Origin: Candidatus Dormiibacterota bacterium
Lineage (GTDB): Bacteria; Chloroflexota; Dormibacteria; Aeolococcales; Aeolococcaceae
Length of the DNA: 64,000 bases
NCBI GenBank assembly: GCA_049283735.1
Contig: JBAPWO010000146.1
Location: 1,473-65,472, forward strand
Direction of reading: 5' to 3'
Part shown: positions 52,840 through 61,458 of the stretch, in pieces
Layout: every line of letters starts with the position of its first letter
Numbering within the stretch: the first letter of the stretch is position 1
The notes under the pieces: model-generated
What the model saw: only the letters and a program-made list of their open reading frames with translations
The model's database searches: none
What the model was told of the DNA's origin: nothing
Translations under genes and position numbers: made by a program

Positions 52840-53559
52840 ATGGCAAAGGGAAGCGTCCTGACGGCGCCAGCGGCCAACCACCTCATCGATGCGCTACCCG
52901 ACGTTGAGCGGAAAGCGCTGATGGAGCATCTGCGGCCCGCGCACCTCACGGTGAAGACGGTGCTTTTCGACCCTGGCCAGCCCATCCCGTTCGTCCACTT
53001 CCCCATCGACGGCGTGATCTCGCTGGTCACACCGCTCGCCGACGGCAACATCGTCGAGGTGGCGACGATCGGCAACGAGGGCATCGTCGGGGTGCCACTG
53101 GTTCCGGGTGGATCGCTGGCCGTGCGCGCGATCTCCCAGGTCGGCGGCCGCACGTTGCGCATCGATGCCGGCGAGTTCATCAAGGGCCTCGAGGGCCTGC
53201 CCGGATTCCGCGGGCTGGTGCAGAAGTACGTCCAGGCGCTCTTCGGGCAGATCTCGCAGGCGGCCGCCTGCAACCGGCTGCATTCGAACGAGGAGCGCCT
53301 GAGCCGCTGGCTGCTGATGAGCCACGACCGCGTCGGCGCCGACACGTTCCCGATCACGCACGAGTTCCTCGGGCAGATGCTCGGCTCGCGACGCGCCACC
53401 GTGACCCTGTCCGCGGGACTGCTGCAGTCGGCCGGGCTGATCCGGTATCACCGAGGCCGGGTGACCATCGTCGATCGGGAGGGTCTCGAGTCTGTCGCCT
53501 GCGAGTGCTACGGGATCATCAAGGCGGCACTCGATCGCGTGGTGACGGCCGCCGCCTGA
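52840..53559 (+). CDS. Crp/Fnr family transcriptional regulator
   Basis: cNMP-binding beta-roll followed by the C-terminal HTH RATVTLSAGLLQSAGLIRYHRG. Confidence 0.8.
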   Translation: MAKGSVLTAPAANHLIDALPDVERKALMEHLRPAHLTVKTVLFDPGQPIPFVHFPIDGVISLVTPLADGNIVEVATIGNEGIVGVPLVPGGSLAVRAISQVGGRTLRIDAGEFIKGLEGLPGFRGLVQKYVQALFGQISQAAACNRLHSNEERLSRWLLMSHDRVGADTFPITHEFLGQMLGSRRATVTLSAGLLQSAGLIRYHRGRVTIVDREGLESVACECYGIIKAALDRVVTAAA

Positions 53560-53603
53560 CGTTCAACGACGGGAGGACCCTCGCGCGACCGGCCGGCGGT
53601 CGC

Positions 53604-54860
53604 TCAAGCCGGGTTCGGTCCCCCCGTGAACACCAGGCAGGCGTTGTGGCCGCCGAACCCGAACGAGGTGGTCATCGCCAGTCGCGCGCTCACCGCGCGG
53701 CCGACGTTGGGCACGTAATCGAGATCGCACTCCGGGTCGGGATTCTCGAGGTTCACGGTCGGCGGGAGGAACCCGTCGCGCATCGCGAGTATGGTCACCA
53801 TCGCCTCGAACGCCCCCGCGGCGCCGAGCATGTGCCCGGTCATCGACTTGGTCGACGAGATCGGGACAGAGTAGGCGGATTCACCGAACACCTGCTTGAT
53901 CGAGCGTGTCTCCGCGAGATCGTTGAGTGGCGTCCCGGTCCCGTGCGCGTTGATGTACTCGATGTCCTCCGGTCGGACCCCGGCGCGCTCGAGAGCGCGA
54001 CGCACGCAGCGAATCGCACCATCGCCGCTTGGTTCCGGCGCCGTGATGTGGTAGGCGTCCGCCGACGCCGCATAGCCGAGCAGCTCGGCGTGAATCGTCG
54101 CACCCCGCGCGAGCGCGTGCTCGCGCTCCTCGAGCACGAGCACCGCCGATCCTTCCGCGGCGACGAAGCCGTCGCGATCGCGCTCGAATGGCCGCGAGGC
54201 ATGCTCGGGGTCGTCGTTCCGCTGCGAGAGCGCGCGGGCGGCCGCGAACATCGCGATCCCGGTCGACGTGATCCCCGCCTCGGTGCCGCCGGCGAGCACG
54301 GCCACAGCGTCGCCCTGCCGGATCCAGTTGGCGCCCTGGCCGATCGCGTCGGCCCCCGAGGCACAGGCGCTGACCACCGCCATGTTCTGTCCCCGCGCGC
54401 CGAGATCGATCGAGACCATGCCCGGGGCCATGTCGACGAGCGCCATCGCCGCGGCGAACGGCGAGACGCGGCGCGCACCCTGGGCGTCGAGGATGCGCGT
54501 GGTGTTCTCGATGACCTCGAGGCCGCCGATGCCCGATGCGATCAGGACACCGACATCGGTCGACTCGGCGGCGATGTCGAGACCGGAGTCGCGCACCGCC
54601 TCGCGGGCAGCGGCCATCGCGAAATGCACGTGCGACGTCCCCCGGCGAGCCTCCTTCGTCCCGAAGATCGCGGCCGCGTCGAAGCCCTTGACCTCGCCCG
54701 CGATGCGGACCGGAAGCCGCGAGGCGTCGAAGTGCGTGATCGGGGCGATGCCGCTGCGGCCGGCGCGAAGCGATTCCCAGCTCTGGAGCGCGCCGGTGCC
54801 GACCGGCGACACCGCGCCCATGCCGGTGACGACGACCCGGCGGGGTGCGGAATCAGCCAT
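53604..54860 (-). CDS. fabF: beta-ketoacyl-ACP synthase II
   Basis: Cys-His-His triad contexts VSACASGA, NAHGTGTPLND and KSMTGHMLGAAG. Confidence 0.85.
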   Translation of the reverse strand: MADSAPRRVVVTGMGAVSPVGTGALQSWESLRAGRSGIAPITHFDASRLPVRIAGEVKGFDAAAIFGTKEARRGTSHVHFAMAAAREAVRDSGLDIAAESTDVGVLIASGIGGLEVIENTTRILDAQGARRVSPFAAAMALVDMAPGMVSIDLGARGQNMAVVSACASGADAIGQGANWIRQGDAVAVLAGGTEAGITSTGIAMFAAARALSQRNDDPEHASRPFERDRDGFVAAEGSAVLVLEEREHALARGATIHAELLGYAASADAYHITAPEPSGDGAIRCVRRALERAGVRPEDIEYINAHGTGTPLNDLAETRSIKQVFGESAYSVPISSTKSMTGHMLGAAGAFEAMVTILAMRDGFLPPTVNLENPDPECDLDYVPNVGRAVSARLAMTTSFGFGGHNACLVFTGGPNPA

Positions 54861-54900
54861 GGTGCCCTAAGCGTACCGAACCCCTGATCGGAGCCCGCGC

Positions 54901-55434
54901 CTATCGATCCTCGCCGCGACGGATGCGTTCGAGGCGGCGCCTGATCTCCGGGTCGAGACCGTCCTCGACGCGCGTGCTCCGCCGGCTGTCGTCGCGCATC
55001 CGTCTGGTCTCGGTGTTGAGGCTGCCCGCGACCCGGCCTACCTCGGCCTCGAGGGCACGTGCGCTCATGGTCGCGACCCCCATCGCGCCGACGACGTCGC
55101 GCTCGAGGCGATCGTCGGTCGCGACCACGACATCCGCGCCCTCGCCCCGCTGGGATGCCCGGTACGCCACGCGCTCGATGACATGGTCCGCGGTCGCGCG
55201 CTTGGACCCGAAGAGCACCGTGACGCCGGCGAACGTCTCGGTGGACGGGAGAGCGCCCGGACGCGCGTGCGCATCGAAGACGACCGTGACCCCGACCCCC
55301 GTCTGGGCGGCGTACTCCGCAAGCTGGCTGACCAGCTGGCGGCGCGCATCCTCGAGGCCCCGCTCGCGCAGCGTCGTGTGCAGCGCGGGCCACGCGTGGA
55401 TGATGTTGTAGCCGTCGACGATCAGCGTGTGCAT
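54901..55434 (-). CDS. NYN-domain ribonuclease (YacP/Rae1-like)
   Basis: Motifs MHTLIVDGYNIIHAW and VVVATDDRLERD. Start at ATG 55434. Confidence 0.75.
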   Translation of the reverse strand: MHTLIVDGYNIIHAWPALHTTLRERGLEDARRQLVSQLAEYAAQTGVGVTVVFDAHARPGALPSTETFAGVTVLFGSKRATADHVIERVAYRASQRGEGADVVVATDDRLERDVVGAMGVATMSARALEAEVGRVAGSLNTETRRMRDDSRRSTRVEDGLDPEIRRRLERIRRGEDR

Positions 55435-55450
55435 CGGTGGGGCGCTCCTC

Positions 55451-56185
55451 TCAACGCGGCGCGAACCCGCGCTGGCGCTGCACTTCGAAGAGCAGGACGG
55501 CCGCGGCCGCACCGGCGTTGAGGGACGCGACGTGCCCCATCATCGGAATCGACACGAGGAGGTCGCAGTGCTCGCGGGTCAGGCGGCGCATCCCCGCGCC
55601 CTCGGCGCCGACCACGAGCGCGACCGGCGATGAGAGATCGACCGTGTCGTATCGATCCCGCGCGTCAGCATCGAGGCCGACGCGCCAGATCCCGGCGGCG
55701 CCGATGACCTCGAGTGCCTGCGCGAGGTTGGGCACGGTCACCAGCGGCAGGTGCTCGGTCGCCCCGGCGGACGCCTTGACGGCTGCGGCGGTGAGCGGTG
55801 CGGCGTGGTGGCGCGGCACCACGATCCCATCCGCACCACACGCCTCAGCGCTGCGCGCGATGGCGCCGACGTTCTGCGGATCCTGGATGCCGTCGAGCAC
55901 AACCAGCAGCGCCGGCGCGCGCACCCCGTCGAGCACGTCGTGGAGCGTGGGCGCCGCGCGCGCATGGAAGTATCCGGCGACGCCCTGGTGATGCTCGGTG
56001 TGGGCGATGTCATCAAGTCGCTGGCGCGACACCTCCTCCACGAGGATGTCCCGTGCTTCAGCGAGCTCGAGAATCTCGGCGAGGCGTGCCTCGGGTCGGA
56101 TCGCGCTCGCGACCACGATCTTGCGCGCCGGTCGACCCGCGCGCAGCGCTTCGAGCACCGGGTTGCGCCCGTAGAGGATGTCCAA
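55451..56185 (-). CDS. rlmB: 23S rRNA (guanosine-2'-O)-methyltransferase RlmB (SpoU/TrmH family)
   Basis: Motifs LYGRNPVLEAL, LDGIQDPQNVGAIARSA and SLNAGAAAAVLLFE. Start uncertain: TTG 56185 lies 4 nt after the cysS stop. The long track ORF N-terminus is cysS read in another frame. Confidence 0.8.
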   Translation of the reverse strand: MDILYGRNPVLEALRAGRPARKIVVASAIRPEARLAEILELAEARDILVEEVSRQRLDDIAHTEHHQGVAGYFHARAAPTLHDVLDGVRAPALLVVLDGIQDPQNVGAIARSAEACGADGIVVPRHHAAPLTAAAVKASAGATEHLPLVTVPNLAQALEVIGAAGIWRVGLDADARDRYDTVDLSSPVALVVGAEGAGMRRLTREHCDLLVSIPMMGHVASLNAGAAAAVLLFEVQRQRGFAPR

Positions 56186-56189
56186 GGGC

Positions 56190-57629
56190 TCAGCCGCGGT
56201 GCGGCGGCGTCCGCTTCCAGCGTTGACCCTGGGGCGTGTCCTCCACCTCGATCCCGCGGCTCGCGAGCTGCACGCGGAGATGGTCGGATTGCGCGAAATC
56301 ACGAGCCGCTCGCGCGGCAGCGCGCTCGTCGAGCCATCGCTGCTCCTCGGCGTCCGGCGCCGCCTGGCGATCACGCGCGTCCAGCGCGAGCACGCCGAGC
56401 ACGCCGTCGATCTCCTCGAGCAGGTGCTGCAGGGTGCGCTGCGTCTCGGCGCCGACGGATCCGGTGTCGAGCACGCGATTGACGTCGCGCAATCCGGAGA
56501 AGACGATGCCCATCGCCTCGGGCAGGTTGAGGTCGTCGTCCATCGCCTCGTCGAAACCGATCCGCATCCCGCGCACCGAGGCGAGGACGGTTTCGTCGCG
56601 GGTCGCGTCCTCGGCCTCGACGGTTCGCAGGCCGGCCACGCGCGCCTGGAAGTCCACGAGTCGCTGCACCGCCACGCTGCTGTCGGCGAGCAACTCGTCC
56701 GAGTAGTCGAGCGCCTTGCGATAGTGGGTGCGCGCCGCGAGCAGGTAGCGCAGTGCCGCGGCACTCGCGCCCTCATCGAGCACCTCGCGCACGGTGGCGA
56801 AGTTGCCGAGCCGTTTGGCCATCTTCTCGCCGCTCACCCGCAGGTGCTGGCTGTGGCACCAGATGCGCACGAAGCGCTTGCCGGTCGCCGCCTCCGACTG
56901 GGCGATCTCGTTCTCGTGGTGCGGGAAGATGTTGTCGACGCCGCCGCAATGGATGTCGAAGCTCTCGCCGAGCAGTGCCATGCTCATCGCGGAGCACTCG
57001 ATGTGCCAGCCCGGGTGGCCCCTCCCGATGCGCGTATCCCAGCCGATCTCGTCGGGTCCGACCGCCTTCCAGAGCGCGAAATCGCGGACGTCCTCCTTGG
57101 TGTAGTCGTCGGCGTCGATCCTGCCGCTTGCGCCGGACACCAGACCCTCGGCACGGGCGCCACTCAGCTTCCCGTAGGCGGGAAACGCGGCGATGTGGAA
57201 GTAGTAGCTGCCGTCGGCCCGGTACGCCGCGCCGGCTCGTTCGAGCCGCTCGATCAGGTCGACCATCTGCTCGATGTACTCGGTGGCGCGCGGATAGTGG
57301 TGCGCCGGCCGGATACCGAGCGTGTCGCGATCCTCCTCGAACGCGGTGATCCACGGCGCGGTCTCCTCGGCGAGCGTATGGCCGCTGGCGACGGCGTTCT
57401 TGATGATCCGATCGTCGACGTCGGTGAGGTTCATCACGTGGGTGACCTTCTCGAACCGACGGTGGAGCCAGCGACGCAGGACGTCCTCGAAGATGAAGGT
57501 GCGGAAATTGCCGATGTGGACCCGGTTCCAGACCGTGGGGCCGCAGGTGTACAGCCGGACGTGGCCGGGCTCGATGGGTTCCACGCTGACCAGCTCCCGA
57601 CTCATCGTGTCGTGCAGCCGGAGGGTCAC
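56190..57629 (-). CDS. cysS: cysteine--tRNA ligase
   Basis: Motifs YTCGPTVWNRVHIGN (HIGH) and KMAKRLGN (KMSKS). The GTG overlaps the ispF stop (GTGA). Confidence 0.9.
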   Translation of the reverse strand: MTLRLHDTMSRELVSVEPIEPGHVRLYTCGPTVWNRVHIGNFRTFIFEDVLRRWLHRRFEKVTHVMNLTDVDDRIIKNAVASGHTLAEETAPWITAFEEDRDTLGIRPAHHYPRATEYIEQMVDLIERLERAGAAYRADGSYYFHIAAFPAYGKLSGARAEGLVSGASGRIDADDYTKEDVRDFALWKAVGPDEIGWDTRIGRGHPGWHIECSAMSMALLGESFDIHCGGVDNIFPHHENEIAQSEAATGKRFVRIWCHSQHLRVSGEKMAKRLGNFATVREVLDEGASAAALRYLLAARTHYRKALDYSDELLADSSVAVQRLVDFQARVAGLRTVEAEDATRDETVLASVRGMRIGFDEAMDDDLNLPEAMGIVFSGLRDVNRVLDTGSVGAETQRTLQHLLEEIDGVLGVLALDARDRQAAPDAEEQRWLDERAAARAARDFAQSDHLRVQLASRGIEVEDTPQGQRWKRTPPHRG

Positions 57630-58105
57630 CGCCGTTCCAGCAGCACCGTCGCCGAGGCGGCGATCCCTTCACTCCGACCGGAGAAGCCCATGCCGTCGGT
57701 GGTCGTGGCACCGACCGCGATCGTTCCGGGCTCGAGACCCAACGCAATCGACATCGCGTCGGACATCGGCCCGAGGTGGGCGGCAAGCCGCGGCTCCTCA
57801 GCGATGGCGATGACGTGAGCGCTGCTGATCGTCCAGCCTTCCTCGCGCAGCTTCTCGGCGACGATTTTCAGGAACTCGCAGCCCGAGGTGTCCTTCCAGC
57901 GGGGGTCGCCGGACGGGAAGTGCCTGCCCATGTCGCCCAGCCCGGATGCGCCGAGGATGGCGTCGACGAGCGCGTGCACCACGGCGTCACCGTCCGAGTG
58001 ACCGAGCAGACCGCGGCCGTAGGGAACCAGCACGCCTCCGAGCATCAGCGGCCGCCCCGGGATGAACCGGTGTGCGTCGATGCCATGACCGATCCTCGGG
58101 GTCAT
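57626..58105 (-). CDS. ispF: 2-C-methyl-D-erythritol 2,4-cyclodiphosphate synthase
   Basis: Motifs IGHGIDAHRF and GHSDGDAVVHA. ATG 58105 overlaps the ispD stop (ATGA). The upstream part of the track ORF is ispD read in another frame. Confidence 0.9.
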   Translation of the reverse strand: MTPRIGHGIDAHRFIPGRPLMLGGVLVPYGRGLLGHSDGDAVVHALVDAILGASGLGDMGRHFPSGDPRWKDTSGCEFLKIVAEKLREEGWTISSAHVIAIAEEPRLAAHLGPMSDAMSIALGLEPGTIAVGATTTDGMGFSGRSEGIAASATVLLERR

Positions 58106-58773
58106 CGATTCTCCTCGAGCAGTGAGCGGAGCAGGACGAGGTCCTGTGGAAACGTGACCTTGAAGTTGCGGGCATCTCCGGGCACCACTGTGACCGGGGC
58201 GCCGATCGCCTCGACGAGCGCGGCATCGTCGCCGGCGCTGATGCGGTGGGTCGCCGCGTTCTGATGTGCACGGCGCAGCAGGTCGGCGCTGAACGACTGG
58301 GGCGTCTGCGCCGCGATGATCGAGGAGCGGTCGAGGGTGGCCGCGACCCGGCCGTGCTGCACCTGCTTCACAGTGTCCACGCAGGGTACCCCGGCGATCG
58401 CCGCTCCATCCGCGCGCGCGGCCTGGAGCACCGCCCGGAAGACCTCGGCTGGCGTGAGCGGGCGGGCAGCGTCGTGGACGGTGATCCAATCGTGACCATC
58501 GCACCCGTCGATCGCGGCGGCGACGCTGTCCTGGCGGCGCTCTCCGCCTTCGACGAGCACGACATTGGCGAGCTGATGGTCGGCGGCGATGGTGCGGATC
58601 GCATCCCAGCGCGACGTGGGGGCGGCGATCACGATGAGGTCGAAGCACCCCGCGACGGCGATGGATTCGAGCGCGATCGCGAGGACGGGCCGCCCGGAGA
58701 CGAAAGCCCAGAGCTTGTCCTCCCCCGTCCGTTCGCCGCGCCCGAAGGCGGGGACGATCAGTGCGCTGCTCAG
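58102..58773 (-). CDS. ispD: 2-C-methyl-D-erythritol 4-phosphate cytidylyltransferase (non-canonical start)
   Basis: The track ORF 58102..58632 starts inside the fold. The same frame continues upstream and encodes the nucleotide-binding N-terminus SSALIVPAFGRGERTGEDKLW. No ATG/GTG/TTG is available there. Start placed at CTG 58773, overlapping the upstream TGA (CTGA). Confidence 0.75.
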   Translation of the reverse strand: MSSALIVPAFGRGERTGEDKLWAFVSGRPVLAIALESIAVAGCFDLIVIAAPTSRWDAIRTIAADHQLANVVLVEGGERRQDSVAAAIDGCDGHDWITVHDAARPLTPAEVFRAVLQAARADGAAIAGVPCVDTVKQVQHGRVAATLDRSSIIAAQTPQSFSADLLRRAHQNAATHRISAGDDAALVEAIGAPVTVVPGDARNFKVTFPQDLVLLRSLLEENR

Positions 58774-59990
58774 CGCTGCGCTACCTTGGAGCGGACCGGC
58801 CGGAGCACGCGAGGCTTGACCGACTCCTCGTCGGCGAGGGTCGCGAAGATCATCCGGCCCGCGGTGGTCTGGAGCACGGTGGTCACGGTAACGGTGACCG
58901 TCTCGTCGACGTGGCTGCGCCCATTCTCCACGACCACCATGGTGCCGTCCTCGAAGTACCCGACGCCCTGGTGGGGCTCCTTCCCTTCCTTGATGATGGT
59001 GATCGCCATGCTCTCGCCCGCGCCGACGATCGGCTTGACGGCATTGGCGAGATCGTTCAGGTTGAGCACGCGCACGCCTTCGATCTGCGCCAGCCGGTTG
59101 AGGTTGTAATCCTGGGTCATCAACGCGGCGTTGCGGGCCCGGGCGAGCTTGACCAGGCGGGCGTCAACGTCGGGGGTGCCCGGAAAGTCGAGATCGACGA
59201 GCTCGCAGACGACGTCCTCTGCCTTCTGGAGCGCGTCGACGACGCCCAGCCCGCGGCGGCCCTTCTGGCGGCGGAACGGATCCGCGGAATCGGCGACACG
59301 CTGCAGCTCCTCGAGGACGAAGCCCGGGATGAGCAGGCGTCCGGGGACGAAGCCGGCGGCGGCGACGTCGACGATACGGCCGTCGATGAGCACGCTTGTG
59401 TCGACGATGACCGGCTGGCCGTCGAGAGGCCCCGGGCCTCCGTCGTCGATATTCACGCCGGCCGCGGCCGGCGCCCGGCCGAAGACGACCCCGAGGGCGT
59501 CTCGCCGGCGGCTGCCGGTGCGCACGCCGACGTAGACGAGGACGGCCGCGAGCCCGAGCGACAGCAGGACGCCGGCGCCGTACGGGAGCGGCTTGAGGAG
59601 GATTGCGACCATCGTCGCGATCAGCAATGCGGCGATCAGGCCGATCACGGCGCCGACGACCTCGGCCGCCGGGGCCTCTTCGAGGTTGCGCTCGAGCCAG
59701 AGATACGGTTCGACGGTGAGCAGCGGCGCCGCGAGCGCCAGTGATGCGGCTCCGGCCGCGCCGGCGGCGAGCAGGGCCGCCCCCGCGATCGTCGTGTTCT
59801 GGGTGAGCACGCCAGGGGTCCCCGAGAGGACGAACACACCGTAGAGCACGCCGAAGACGAAACCGACGCCGGCGCCGATAATCCGCGAGACGTTCCGCGC
59901 CCGTCGAATGGTCCGATCGGCGTGCGTGTGCATCTCAGCGATTGAACCACACGATCTTCGCGCCGACAGGCGGCGCGACACGACGGTCAC
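58770..59990 (-). CDS. PIN + TRAM domain membrane protein (YacL-like)
   Basis: N-terminal TM helices, PIN core VIVDTSVLIDGRI...LMTQDYNL, and C-terminal TRAM. GTG 59990 overlaps the radA stop (GTGA); alternative ATG at 59933. Confidence 0.75.
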   Translation of the reverse strand: MTVVSRRLSARRSCGSIAEMHTHADRTIRRARNVSRIIGAGVGFVFGVLYGVFVLSGTPGVLTQNTTIAGAALLAAGAAGAASLALAAPLLTVEPYLWLERNLEEAPAAEVVGAVIGLIAALLIATMVAILLKPLPYGAGVLLSLGLAAVLVYVGVRTGSRRRDALGVVFGRAPAAAGVNIDDGGPGPLDGQPVIVDTSVLIDGRIVDVAAAGFVPGRLLIPGFVLEELQRVADSADPFRRQKGRRGLGVVDALQKAEDVVCELVDLDFPGTPDVDARLVKLARARNAALMTQDYNLNRLAQIEGVRVLNLNDLANAVKPIVGAGESMAITIIKEGKEPHQGVGYFEDGTMVVVENGRSHVDETVTVTVTTVLQTTAGRMIFATLADEESVKPRVLRPVRSKVAQR

Positions 59991-61354
59991 CCGAGTAGCG
60001 CAACCGCCTCGATCAAGGTCGCGACCCGGTGGCAGCGAAGGCCGCCGGGAACTCCCCCGCGATAGCTCTCGGGCAGGATCACCGCTTCCATCCCGACCGC
60101 CGCAGCCTCCGCCAGGCGCACTTCGGTCCGCGAGACCCTGCGGACCTCGCCGCCAAGCCCGAGTTCACCGATGACCGCGCAGTGGGGTGACACCGCTCGG
60201 TTGCGTACCGATCCGGCGATCGCGAGCGCCACCCCGAGGTCGGTACCGGGGTCGGCGAGCCGGATGCCGCCGGCGACGTTCACGAAGACGTCCAGCTTGG
60301 AAACGGCAATCGCCGAGCGCTTGGCGAGGATCGCGAGCATGAGATGCAGCCGGTTGAGTTCGAACCCGGAGGCCGTTCGCCTCGGGAACTCGAATGGCGA
60401 GGCCACCGCCAGCGCCTGCACCTCGACGGCCATCGGCCGGAGCCCGTCGCAGGTGATGGTCAGAACGCTGCCGGAGGCGCCGAGCGATGCGGGGTCAAGC
60501 ATGCCCCGGCTCGGTGCGGCCAGGTCGCGCATGCCATCGCGCTCCATCGTGAGCAGCCCCACCTCGCCGGTCGCGCCGAACCGGTTCTTGATGCCGCGAA
60601 GCATGCGGTGCTCGCCGAGCCGTTCTCCCTCGAGATACAGGACGACGTCGACCATGTGCTCGAGGGTGCGCGGCCCGGCGATCGCACCCTCCTTGGTGAC
60701 GTGCCCGACCAGGAGCACGGGGACGCCGGTCGTCTTGGCGACCTCGCTCATGCGCAGGACCGCGGCTCGAACCTGTGAGACGCTGCCGGGCGGACCGGGG
60801 GTCGCGGCGTCCCGAAGCGTCTGCACGGAATCGACCACGACAAGCGACGGGCGCTCCGACTCGATGGTGGCGACCACGGTGTCGACGTCGGATTCGACGA
60901 GCAGGCGAACCCTGGCACCGGTACATCCAAGCCGCCGAGCTCGCAGGGCAAGCTGCTCAAGCGACTCCTCGCCGGTGCAGTACAGCGCCGGTGAGACCTC
61001 ATCGCCGCAGCTGTGCGACATCTGCAGCGCGATGGTCGACTTCCCGATGCCAGGGTCACCACCGAGCAGCACGACGCTGCCGGGAACGATCCCCCCTCCG
61101 AGGACGCGATCGACTTCGAACGAGCCGGTGGGCTGGATGTGCGCAGGCGCCGCCATCACGACATCCATGGGTGTGGTGGTCGCGGCGACCGTGAGCGCCG
61201 ACGGCCCTCGCCTGGTCAAGCGCACCACGTCTTCGCTCAGACTGTTCCAGGCCTCACACGAGGGGCATCGCCCCTGCCACTTCGGCGCCTCGGCCCCGCA
61301 CGCGGAGCAGACGTAGTGAAGGCGAGGCGCGGCGCGCTGCAGATCCGTAGCCAT
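59987..61354 (-). CDS. radA: DNA repair protein RadA/Sms
   Basis: Zinc finger CSACG...CPSC, Walker A GGDPGIGKST and a Lon-like C-terminal domain. ATG 61354 preferred over GTG 61360 because of the promoter geometry. Confidence 0.9.
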   Translation of the reverse strand: MATDLQRAAPRLHYVCSACGAEAPKWQGRCPSCEAWNSLSEDVVRLTRRGPSALTVAATTTPMDVVMAAPAHIQPTGSFEVDRVLGGGIVPGSVVLLGGDPGIGKSTIALQMSHSCGDEVSPALYCTGEESLEQLALRARRLGCTGARVRLLVESDVDTVVATIESERPSLVVVDSVQTLRDAATPGPPGSVSQVRAAVLRMSEVAKTTGVPVLLVGHVTKEGAIAGPRTLEHMVDVVLYLEGERLGEHRMLRGIKNRFGATGEVGLLTMERDGMRDLAAPSRGMLDPASLGASGSVLTITCDGLRPMAVEVQALAVASPFEFPRRTASGFELNRLHLMLAILAKRSAIAVSKLDVFVNVAGGIRLADPGTDLGVALAIAGSVRNRAVSPHCAVIGELGLGGEVRRVSRTEVRLAEAAAVGMEAVILPESYRGGVPGGLRCHRVATLIEAVALLG

Positions 61355-61363
61355 GGGCACCGC

Positions 61364-61393
61364 ATCCTACCGAACAGATGTACGCTCTGTCAA
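61364..61393 (-). promoter_or_regulatory. promoter TTGACA-18 nt-TAGGAT with embedded Cheo-box-like dyad CGTACATCTGTTCG
   Basis: On the minus strand the -35 is at 61393-61388 and the -10 at 61369-61364, 9 nt before ATG 61354. The dyad is at 61371-61384. Confidence 0.5.
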
Positions 61394-61458
61394 GGGAGTG
61401 TGTTCGCGTCTGAAAGCTGCAGGGAGGGTGTGCCTCCTCCGCGCTTCTGACCGGCCGC

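Noticed and set aside
52620-53399. 259-aa minus-strand ORF
   Set aside because: It runs through tRNA-Thr(UGU) and is antisense to the Crp-family gene. It is not credible as coding.
55451-56776. Full 441-aa track ORF as rlmB, and the full 340-aa ORF 57626-58648 as ispF
   Set aside because: The N-terminal halves are cysS and ispD read in another frame (Arg/Pro-rich). Homology-like sequence begins only near 56185 and 58105 respectively.
58760-58800. Programmed -1 frameshift joining the PIN/TRAM protein to IspD
   Set aside because: There is no slippery heptamer (X XXY YYZ) upstream of the TGA. The regular NTGA overlap pattern at neighbouring junctions favours reinitiation at CTG instead.
61358-61360. 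GTG start for radA given by the ORF track
   Set aside because: It lies only 3 nt downstream of the TAGGAT -10 box, so it would be upstream of or at the transcription start. ATG 61354 fits leaderless geometry.
61364-61393. Mycobacterial RecA-independent (PafBC) promoter motif tTGTCRgtg-8 nt-TAnnnT at radA
   Set aside because: TTGACAGAG is followed by 15 nt, not 8 nt, before TAGGAT, and the core reads TTGACA rather than TTGTC.
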